Shown one piece after another: positions 1-6,679 of a stretch of DNA of 64,000 nucleotides. The DNA is from a virus, in IMG/VR virus record IMGVR_UViG_3300027769_000020, positions 27,528 through 91,527 of that record. One strand, written 5' to 3'. Under the pieces are notes generated by a model that did not search any database, was not told the DNA's origin, and worked only from the letters and a program-made list of their open reading frames with translations. The number at the start of each line of letters is the position of its first letter. The stretch's first letter is position 1. Both the position numbers and the translations under genes were made by a program.

Positions 1-29
1 AATGGTCCCCGCAGGGGAAATAGTGTGCA

Positions 30-173
30 TCATTTAACACACACTATTTTAAACAGACCTTGAGTATATCCATTACTCATAAGTTGTTTCTTTTTCCAAA
101 GGGCTAATGCCTTAGAAGGAAACACAAAGCTCTCTATGAGTCTTGTGTTATTATAGTATTCTAATCTATACAT
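30..173 (-). CDS. small hypothetical early protein (47 aa, MYRLEYYNN...)
   Basis: Track ORF 30..212; ATG at 173 lies just downstream of the repeated motif at 189-205, whereas the longer start overlaps that motif. Confidence 0.65.
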   Translation of the reverse strand: MYRLEYYNNTRLIESFVFPSKALALWKKKQLMSNGYTQGLFKIVCVK

Positions 174-188
174 GGTATTATAATTAAT

Positions 189-205
189 AACAGTTATAAA
201 ATGGT
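189..205 (-). promoter_or_regulatory. repeated motif ACCATYTTATAACTGTT (minus strand), putative phage early promoter
   Basis: Near-identical copies at 189-205, 574-590 and 707-723; variants at 357-373 and 950-966; partial copy at 1-6; each lies upstream of a minus-strand unit. Confidence 0.65.
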
Positions 206-210
206 AAGAC

Positions 211-242
211 AAAAAAAGAGAGAGAGTATTAAACTCTCTCTC
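211..242 (-). terminator. intrinsic terminator
   Basis: GAGAGAGAGT/ACTCTCTCTC stem with A7 run at 211-217 (U tail on minus strand). Confidence 0.75.
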
Positions 243-356
243 AATGTTGCTGGCTAAAGCCTGTTCCGGTACTTACATCTCCAAAGCTATAAGGAGAACG
301 CCTCTGACTTGAAACATAATGAGTATTGATAGAGATCATTAGTTCACTCTATCCAT

Positions 357-373
357 AATAGTTAAAAAATGGA
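357..373 (-). promoter_or_regulatory. variant copy of the early motif
   Basis: AATAGTTAAAAAATGGA vs AACAGTTATAAAATGGT. Confidence 0.5.
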
Positions 374-404
374 TTAAGACAAAGAGAGATAACCTCTCCT
401 TTCA

Positions 405-551
405 TCAGAAAGGGAGGTCATCTTCATCAATATCATATGTATAATTCTCAAGGCTATCCATAGCCTCAAGAGTTATACGCATCATATCATTGTAATAGTC
501 TTGCTCCTCTTGGAGCATGATATTAATATCATTGAATTCAGTATCACGCAT
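405..551 (-). CDS. 48-aa acidic peptide with SSB-like C-terminal tail (...DIDEDDLPF)
   Basis: Hand translation MRDTEFNDINIMLQEEQDYYNDMMRITLEAMDSLENYTYDIDEDDLPF*; below the ORF-track cutoff; sits downstream of motif 574-590. Confidence 0.75.
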   Translation of the reverse strand: MRDTEFNDINIMLQEEQDYYNDMMRITLEAMDSLENYTYDIDEDDLPF

Positions 552-573
552 AATATATAATTTTAAAGTTAAT

Positions 574-590
574 AACAGTTATAAGATGGT
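574..590 (-). promoter_or_regulatory. copy of the early motif
   Basis: AACAGTTATAAGATGGT. Confidence 0.65.
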
Positions 591-595
591 TAAAT

Positions 596-626
596 AAAAA
601 AGAGAAACACCCGAAGGTATCTCTCT
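596..626 (-). terminator. intrinsic terminator with UUCG loop
   Basis: Minus strand reads AGAGAGATACC-TTCG-GGTGTTTCTCT followed by a T run. Confidence 0.7.
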
Positions 627-706
627 TGCTTTCTCCTGATCTTGCCAAAGCTAAGCTCAAATGATGTGTGTTTACATAACATACACATCATTCATTATAA
701 TTTATA

Positions 707-723
707 AACAGTTATAAGATGGT
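707..723 (-). promoter_or_regulatory. copy of the early motif
   Basis: AACAGTTATAAGATGGT, identical to 574-590. Confidence 0.65.
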
Positions 724-727
724 AAAG

Positions 728-760
728 AAAAAAACATAAGAGCCTAAGCTCTTATTTTTT
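728..760. terminator. intrinsic terminator (possibly bidirectional)
   Basis: ATAAGAGC-CTAA-GCTCTTAT with an A run before and a T run after. Confidence 0.7.
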
Positions 761-928
761 GTACTTTTCTGAATCAGGTGCGGCTAATACACCCATTAAT
801 AAGAAGAATGTTAAACCTATGAACACAGCAGCCAGTGTTGTCATGTGTTCAAGTATGCTCTCTGTAGCTGCATAGCCAAGCATGATTGTACATGCAATCA
901 TAATCTTGTAGTGTAAAGAATATTTCAT
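752..928 (-). CDS. 58-aa small membrane protein (two hydrophobic segments)
   Basis: Hand translation MKYSLHYKIMIACTIMLGYAATESILEHMTTLAAVFIGLTFFLLMGVLAAPDSEKYKK*; downstream of motif 950-966. Confidence 0.7.
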   Translation of the reverse strand: MKYSLHYKIMIACTIMLGYAATESILEHMTTLAAVFIGLTFFLLMGVLAAPDSEKYKK

Positions 929-949
929 AGTGTGTAATTTTTAATTAAA

Positions 950-966
950 TTAAGTTAGAAAATGGT
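950..966 (-). promoter_or_regulatory. variant copy of the early motif
   Basis: TTAAGTTAGAAAATGGT. Confidence 0.55.
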
Positions 967-1136
967 TGCCTTGCGCAGCAAGCATGGGGGGTACCACCTC
1001 TGGCTTCAGGGGGTGGGGGTGTTGTAGTAGGGGTCCATCACAAAGCCCTACATATATAAATTCCCCTAGCCGTAAGTTCATCACACCTGGGGTGAAAATA
1101 ACCCGCAAAAGTTATTGTGTATTGTACCAATGTTAT

Positions 1137-1144
1137 TATATTTG
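1137..1144 (+). promoter_or_regulatory. Bacteroidota-type -7 promoter box TATATTTG
   Basis: Matches TAnnTTTG; the same 8-mer is intergenic at 2057, 3971, 7082, 15218 and 39793. Confidence 0.6.
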
Positions 1145-1178
1145 TACTAATTAGTTTTTAAATTTTATTGTTATCATT

Positions 1179-1208
1179 AATCCTCAGATGTATGTCTGGG
1201 GATTTTTG
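1179..1208 (+). terminator. intrinsic terminator
   Basis: AATCCTCAGA/TCTGGGGATT stem followed by Ts. Confidence 0.6.
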
Positions 1209-1214
1209 TTTAAG

Positions 1215-1408
1215 ATATTACTCCTGTGTTCAAGTAGCACAGGTCCAGTACCAGTTAAGCATCCCATAAGATCTGCTTGTTGGTCTTCTCTGCTCAGGAA
1301 AGTGGAATTGATTTATAGGTGTAAACGCGTTACCTCTATAAGCAACCATATAACTGCAGCAACCCCAAGTAAGTTTCTCTGATCAGGAAATACTGCTTGG
1401 GTTTTTTT
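1215..1408 (+). ncRNA. putative structured non-coding RNA
   Basis: Several stems (CCTGTG/CACAGG; ACCAG..AAGCA/TGCTT..TTGGT; CCCAAG/CTTGGG plus T7); 16-nt repeat TTCTCTGMTCAGGAAA at 1286 and 1375; no credible ORF. Confidence 0.45.
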
Positions 1409-1437
1409 ATTTATATTTACAAGATAAAATTAATATT

Positions 1438-1776
1438 ATGAGACACGTAGAAAAAGCATTATTAAAATACAATGAAGAGAATAATGAGAAATGGACACAG
1501 TTCATTCAAATTGAAAATGCAGAGGATGTAAAAGATGTAGCACCTGTAGTAAAATTTACAATACAATCTGATCCAATTAGTGAAGTAGGGGTTAATGGAG
1601 TACAAGCATTAGATATGTTAAAGTATGTTAAGTGTTTATTTGAAAGTTTAAATGATGCATTTCCATGTAAAGAAAATGTTTTGAGTATTACAAAAATTGA
1701 AGAAGCTATTCACTGGCAAGATGCTAGAACTAAAGATAGACAACGTAGACAAGTAGAAGGTCATAATAAAAAGTAA
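1438..1776 (+). CDS. tad1: Tad1-like anti-defence nucleotide-signal sponge (Thoeris/CBASS)
   Basis: C-terminal pattern Q..P..E.GVNG...D.L......L..FPC.EN...ITK.EEA..W...RT.DR..R.VEG recognised from the Tad1 family. Confidence 0.7.
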   Translation: MRHVEKALLKYNEENNEKWTQFIQIENAEDVKDVAPVVKFTIQSDPISEVGVNGVQALDMLKYVKCLFESLNDAFPCKENVLSITKIEEAIHWQDARTKDRQRRQVEGHNKK

Positions 1777-1785
1777 ATAGTTACT

Positions 1786-2052
1786 ATGAAGTTATATATT
1801 GAGAAACCTAAAACTGTTGCTGCTATGCAATGGGATGGTACAGAGAAGATGGCTATTGAGATTTCTAGTGATGAGAAATTTGAAGGTATGTTGGATTACA
1901 GGCAGAGAAAATTTTTTGCATTCTGGATGTATGACGGGGATAGAGAATATAGAGTGCATGAGGGGGACTATATATTAAAGGATTGGAATGGGACTTATTC
2001 TATGGTACCAAAAAAATTATTTGAAAAATCTTTTGAAGAAGTCAAAGAATAA
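1786..2052 (+). CDS. small phage protein of the Y.KKP..V.A.QW / GDYI...G.....K..FE..Y type (PGDYG-like)
   Basis: Motifs LYIEKPKTVAAMQWDG and EGDYILKDWNG..PKKLFEKSF. Confidence 0.6.
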   Translation: MKLYIEKPKTVAAMQWDGTEKMAIEISSDEKFEGMLDYRQRKFFAFWMYDGDREYRVHEGDYILKDWNGTYSMVPKKLFEKSFEEVKE

Positions 2053-2064
2053 TTATTATATTTG
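2032..2064 (+). promoter_or_regulatory. Bacteroidota sigma70-type promoter TTTG-N21-TATATTTG
   Basis: TTTG at 2032-2035 and TATATTTG at 2057-2064. Confidence 0.65.
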
Positions 2065-2123
2065 TTGAGCTGATAAGTGTTTACGGTTCATTTATTTTGT
2101 GATTAAAAGTTATATCTAAAAAG

Positions 2124-2158
2124 TAAGCTCTAGTTAATTCTTAGGGCTTATTTTTTTT
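2124..2158 (+). terminator. intrinsic terminator
   Basis: TAAGCTCTAG/TTAGGGCTTA stem plus T8. Confidence 0.7.
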
Positions 2159-2171
2159 AAAAAGGAAAAGC

Positions 2172-3128
2172 ATGGCAATTTTTGATTATCATTACAGACA
2201 GGTATTGAAAGATATCTACTGGAAAGGGTTTGTATATGAAGACCCTAACAGAAAAGGAGTAGAAAGAAAGCAGATAGCAAAAGCTACTCTAAGTTGTAAC
2301 CCACATGAAGGCTTCCCTGCCTTGACTACAAAGCAAGTTTATTTTAAAGGTGCAGTAGCAGAGTTATTATTTTTTATGTCAGGTTCTACTGATATAAGAA
2401 ACTTGTGGAAAATGGATGTAAGATTCTGGGATAAGGATTGGGCACGTTATCATAAGTTTACTGATGAAACTATTAAGTACTTATATAATGCATGGGAGTA
2501 TTCTGAAATAGATGATAGAATGAATAGGTTACCAGATTCATTATATGATATGGGTAAGGTATATCCTTATCAATGGAGAAAGGCTAATGGTGTAGATCAG
2601 TTATATAATCTTGCATTTAATATGGTCACTAATCCTATGTCAACATCATTGATTGTTAACTCATGGAATGCTGGTGATTTAGTTGATATGTGTTTGCCTC
2701 CGTGTCATTATTCATTTCAAGTAATGTGCCAACCAGTAGGTAAAACATATGTGTTTAGAATTATATGGGACCAAAGGTCTACAGATTTTTTCTTAGGTAC
2801 TCCGGTGAACATGATGTTCTATACCTTACTAGGTCATGTACTAGAAGCATTGACAGGATATAAATGTATAGAGGTATCAGGTGAATTAAAGAATGTACAC
2901 ATATATGATAACCAAATGGATGTAGTAAAGGAACAGTTAGACCGTCCAGTTGATACATATGGTGAGAGTAAACTTGTATTAGATAAATCTAAATTTAAAA
3001 TATTTATTCAAAATCCTACAAGTTTAAACTTTGATTATGTAATAAAATCATTATCTTTATCAGACTTTAAGTTGGAGGGATATGCAAGTTATCCAAAACT
3101 TAAAGTAGAAATGTTAAGTTATAATTAA
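2172..3128 (+). CDS. thyA: thymidylate synthase
   Basis: GFPALTTK, ELLFF, catalytic LPPCH, QRSTDFFLG.PVN and HIYDNQ motifs. Confidence 0.92.
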   Translation: MAIFDYHYRQVLKDIYWKGFVYEDPNRKGVERKQIAKATLSCNPHEGFPALTTKQVYFKGAVAELLFFMSGSTDIRNLWKMDVRFWDKDWARYHKFTDETIKYLYNAWEYSEIDDRMNRLPDSLYDMGKVYPYQWRKANGVDQLYNLAFNMVTNPMSTSLIVNSWNAGDLVDMCLPPCHYSFQVMCQPVGKTYVFRIIWDQRSTDFFLGTPVNMMFYTLLGHVLEALTGYKCIEVSGELKNVHIYDNQMDVVKEQLDRPVDTYGESKLVLDKSKFKIFIQNPTSLNFDYVIKSLSLSDFKLEGYASYPKLKVEMLSYN

Positions 3129-3140
3129 AAATTAAAGAGT

Positions 3141-3431
3141 ATGAGTACAGTGTTTAAGAGTCTAAAAGGACGTAGAATCTTGGTTAACCAACCAGAGATG
3201 AAAGAATCAGCAATTGAATTGACTGAGAAAGATAAAAGTCTTATTGAGCAAGAAGCTATGAAAAAGTGGACAAGATTAGAAGTGTTTGCAACAGGTGAAG
3301 AAGTATCTGGAGTAAAAGCTGGTGATCATGTTTACATTTCAGTTAATGCTATTAAAGGAGCTGAAGTAATTGAAGTAGAAGAAAGCATCAAACTTATGTT
3401 GAGTGAGTATGATGTTGCAATTGTTTGGTAA
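3141..3431 (+). CDS. GroES-like co-chaperonin
   Basis: L.GRRILV...SAIEL (mobile loop)...V.A.G..V..VKAGD.V....(I)EV.....MLSEYDV pattern; 96 aa. Confidence 0.7.
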   Translation: MSTVFKSLKGRRILVNQPEMKESAIELTEKDKSLIEQEAMKKWTRLEVFATGEEVSGVKAGDHVYISVNAIKGAEVIEVEESIKLMLSEYDVAIVW

Positions 3432-3432
3432 G

Positions 3433-3858
3433 ATGGCTGATTTAGTTTGTGATGCATACAAGAGGATGATTTCAAAACCTGAGACATCCAATACATATGA
3501 TAAGAGTCTGAGAATTATGGCTGAGATTGCTGCAAATAAAACTAATGCAATGTACAAAGATTATATCAGGAAAACTGAGTCTAGTCTTTATGTAGGCAAA
3601 GATTCTTTTGCAGGTCAAAAACCTACAGCAGTTACAGTACCTGGCACCGCAATAAGACCAAACCATTACGGTGGAGAGAATAGTACTTATGAAGTATTCA
3701 ATGTACTAGAAGCATGGGGATTAGATAAAGACTTTTACTTAGGTAATGTTATTAAGTATATTGCAAGAGCAGGTAAGAAAGATCCTGCTAAAGAAATAGA
3801 AGATCTTGAAAAAGCTGAGGTGTATTTAAAAAGAAGAATAGCTGAATTAAAAAAATAA
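3433..3858 (+). CDS. DUF3310-like protein
   Basis: RPNHY, FYLGNVIKYIARAGKK, EDLEKA..YL motifs; ATG at 3433 follows the GroES stop. Confidence 0.75.
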   Translation: MADLVCDAYKRMISKPETSNTYDKSLRIMAEIAANKTNAMYKDYIRKTESSLYVGKDSFAGQKPTAVTVPGTAIRPNHYGGENSTYEVFNVLEAWGLDKDFYLGNVIKYIARAGKKDPAKEIEDLEKAEVYLKRRIAELKK

Positions 3859-3933
3859 TATTTACTGTGTGCTATGTAAAATATTATATATACATTAGCA
3901 CTCCTTTTTATTCTCAGTTTTCGCTGGCTGATT

Positions 3934-3968
3934 AATCCCAATGAGTTAAATACTTGTTGGGATTTTTT
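3934..3968 (+). terminator. intrinsic terminator
   Basis: AATCCCAATGAGT/ACTTGTTGGGATT stem plus T run. Confidence 0.65.
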
Positions 3969-4017
3969 ATTATATTTGTCCATCAATTTTTTTAAATTTA
4001 TACTTTTAGGTAAGGAG

Positions 4018-4050
4018 ATCCCGGATTAATAATCTGGGATTTTGTTTTTT
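4018..4050 (+). terminator. intrinsic terminator
   Basis: ATCCCGGATT/AATCTGGGAT stem plus T run. Confidence 0.65.
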
Positions 4051-4101
4051 ATATTATTATTATGTATATTATAGATATATGTGTAATTAAAAAAAAGAAA
4101 C

Positions 4102-4941
4102 ATGGATATTTTAAATATTATAAGCTGGATTAAAAATAAACGCTATGTAACAAGTGTTGACCCAGCAACAACACTAATGCCTATTGGATTAAAAGATGAC
4201 CGTAGAGATGATGGTTATTTAGCAGGAGTTATTACAGTAGAAAATTTAGCTGCACAGTTAGGTGGAAATAAATTAGTTGATGATACTAGAGAAGTTGTAT
4301 TAACTGATAATGCAGGATATGCAGAATTAACATTCAATACTGGTTCTGCAATAATTCAAACTTCAGGAGTTAATGCTGATTTAACAATTAGTACTTTAAG
4401 TGGAGATGATATTATTCTTGAATCTGGGGATGATATTAGATTACAAGGTGATGTTGGTCTTTTTGATGATGAAACTGAAGGTGGAGATATAAATATCTAT
4501 GCTGGAAATGGTTCTGATGGTAATACAGCTAATGCAGGATCTGGTGGAGATATTAGAATTGAAGCAGGTGATGCTGGTAACAGTATATCAGGTTCTCAAG
4601 GAGAAGGTGGTTTTGTAACTATTCAAGCTGGTTATACTTCAACAACTGGTTTATCAGGAGGAGATATTAGTCTTTATCCAGGTAACAGTATAGATGGTAA
4701 ACATGGTGATGTTATTATTCAAGGTAACTTTACATGGACATTTTCTACAAGTAATGCAATACTTTTATTTCCTGCAGTAACTTTAGCTACATTACCAAGT
4801 GCAGCTGGAGTACCTGGAGCAAGAGCTATGATTGCTGATTCTAATGTACCAGCACCAGGAAACTTTGGAGCAATTGCTGCAACAGGAGGTTCTGCTGTAG
4901 TTCCAGTATTTTCAGATGGTGTAAATTGGTTAATAGGTTAA
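4102..4941 (+). CDS. virion fibre/spike protein (paralog 1, shared N-terminal anchor)
   Basis: MDILN.ISW N-terminus; GGDI.I.AG glycine repeats; C-terminal VPVFSDGVNWLIG. Confidence 0.7.
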   Translation: MDILNIISWIKNKRYVTSVDPATTLMPIGLKDDRRDDGYLAGVITVENLAAQLGGNKLVDDTREVVLTDNAGYAELTFNTGSAIIQTSGVNADLTISTLSGDDIILESGDDIRLQGDVGLFDDETEGGDINIYAGNGSDGNTANAGSGGDIRIEAGDAGNSISGSQGEGGFVTIQAGYTSTTGLSGGDISLYPGNSIDGKHGDVIIQGNFTWTFSTSNAILLFPAVTLATLPSAAGVPGARAMIADSNVPAPGNFGAIAATGGSAVVPVFSDGVNWLIG

Positions 4942-4961
4942 TAATAAAAAATAAATAAAGC

Positions 4962-5714
4962 ATGGATGTTTTAAATATAATTTCCTGGATTAAAGGAAAA
5001 AGACAAGTAACAGCTGTTGACCCAGCTTTGACAGTAATTCCATTAGGAGTTAAAGATAATAAAAGAGGTGATGGATATATTCCAGTAACTATAACTGTAG
5101 AAGATTTTGCAGGTTCAGTTGCACCTACTTTATATGATAGTAAAGATAATATATTTATTGGAGAAAATGTATTTAATGACCTTAGTGATGTTGATAAAAC
5201 AGAAAATATTGCAATTGGTACAAATGCATTACGAAACACTGTAAATGCACAAAATATTGGTATTGGTTCAGACACATTACGCACTAATACTGAAGGTTTT
5301 CAAAATATAGCAATTGGTAATAGCAGTTTATTATTAAACACTACTGGTGAAAATAATATAGGAATCGGTGTAGTATCAATGTTATTTAGCACTACCAGTA
5401 GAAACAATGTTGCTATTGGATCATTTGCATTATTTGATATTACTACTGGTCGCGATAATGTTGCAGTAGGTTTAAATGCTTTAGGTGGTTTAACTACCGG
5501 TTCATATAATACAGGTATAGGTTATGAAACATATGCTGGAAATTACAGTTCTTGTGTATTATTAGGTAGAAGAGCGCAGGCTACAGGTAATAATCAATTT
5601 GTAGTAGGTTCAGTTGGTGATCCAGCAGGTTCAGTAACAAATGAAGTAAACACATCTAGTAAAGTATGGAATGTGGTTATCAATGGTGTATCTAGAAAAA
5701 TTTTATTAGCATAA
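4962..5714 (+). CDS. virion fibre protein with N.AIG beta-helix/YadA-like repeats (paralog 2)
   Basis: Shared N-terminus; 14-aa NIAIG..AL..NT.G repeats. Confidence 0.75.
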   Translation: MDVLNIISWIKGKRQVTAVDPALTVIPLGVKDNKRGDGYIPVTITVEDFAGSVAPTLYDSKDNIFIGENVFNDLSDVDKTENIAIGTNALRNTVNAQNIGIGSDTLRTNTEGFQNIAIGNSSLLLNTTGENNIGIGVVSMLFSTTSRNNVAIGSFALFDITTGRDNVAVGLNALGGLTTGSYNTGIGYETYAGNYSSCVLLGRRAQATGNNQFVVGSVGDPAGSVTNEVNTSSKVWNVVINGVSRKILLA

Positions 5715-5738
5715 TAATTAACATAAAAATAAATAGAA

Positions 5739-6641
5739 ATGGATGTTTTAAATTTTATATCTTGGCTTAAATCTAAAAGACAAGTTACAACAGTAGATGC
5801 TTCTCAAACCTTAATCCCATTAGGTTTAAAAGATGCAAGAAGAGGTGATGCATATTTACCAGGTGCTATATCAGTAGAGGATTTATTAGCTTTATCACCA
5901 GGACTTCCTAGTTTTGTTGAATATAATGAAACAAATAAAACATTATGGAATAATGGAATAACTAATAATAGTGCAAATACTTCATTTGGTGAGGGAGCAT
6001 TAACAGGTAGTCCAGATTCATATGTTACGGCAATTGGTCATAATGCAGTAAGAATTGGAACAGGTGGTGATAATACAGGTATAGGTGCATATGCTTTAGG
6101 TAATTTAGTAGCGGCTTCTAGAAATACAGCAGTTGGTTCATTTGCATTAGCTGGTGATCTTACAGGTAGCAATAATGTAGCCATTGGAGCAACAGTTTTA
6201 GCAACTACTACTTCAGGTTTTTGTAATGTTGGAATTGGATATCAAGCATTAATATTTAATACAACAGGTAGTCGTAATGTTTCTATAGGAGAAATAAGTA
6301 ACTATGCTAATACAACAGGTGTTAATAATACATCACTTGGAGCTTACAGTAATCTTTCAAATACAGTAGGTTCTTTTAATGTTGCTATAGGATATAATTC
6401 ATTAAGTGGTAATACTTCTGGTAATTATAATGCATGTTTAGGTTCACTAACAAGTTCTAATAATTTTTCAGGTTCTGTTATATTAGGTTCAAATGCAATT
6501 GCTACTGGAAATAATCAATTTGTAGTAGGATCTAATTCATATAATGCTGGAGCAATTGCTACTGAAGCATTAGTACCAACTAAATCATGGACTGTTAAAA
6601 TTAATGGTGTTGACTATAAAATTCCATTACAAGTTGCATAA
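5739..6641 (+). CDS. virion fibre protein with N.AIG repeats (paralog 3)
   Basis: Shared N-terminus; NTAVG/NVAIG repeats; C-terminus similar to paralog 2. Confidence 0.75.
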   Translation: MDVLNFISWLKSKRQVTTVDASQTLIPLGLKDARRGDAYLPGAISVEDLLALSPGLPSFVEYNETNKTLWNNGITNNSANTSFGEGALTGSPDSYVTAIGHNAVRIGTGGDNTGIGAYALGNLVAASRNTAVGSFALAGDLTGSNNVAIGATVLATTTSGFCNVGIGYQALIFNTTGSRNVSIGEISNYANTTGVNNTSLGAYSNLSNTVGSFNVAIGYNSLSGNTSGNYNACLGSLTSSNNFSGSVILGSNAIATGNNQFVVGSNSYNAGAIATEALVPTKSWTVKINGVDYKIPLQVA

Positions 6642-6679
6642 TAAAAAATAAATATATTAACTTTATAAAAAAATAAATC

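Noticed and set aside
189-966. Repeated 17-mers as a CRISPR array
   Set aside because: Repeats are short and degenerate, spacing is irregular (130-245 nt), the intervals contain ORFs and terminators, and there is no cas operon
1145-1178. Complementarity of this unit to the portal start region (about 20962-20972)
   Set aside because: Only an 11-nt pure A/T match, expected by chance in this genome
1220-1245. GTTCAAG as a tRNA T-loop
   Set aside because: No cloverleaf, acceptor stem or D arm could be built; no tRNA gene was recognised anywhere in the window
966-1382. Track ORFs 966..1154 and 1188..1382 as real genes
   Set aside because: Atypical composition, no A-rich start context, and they overlap the G-rich patch, terminators and structured RNA
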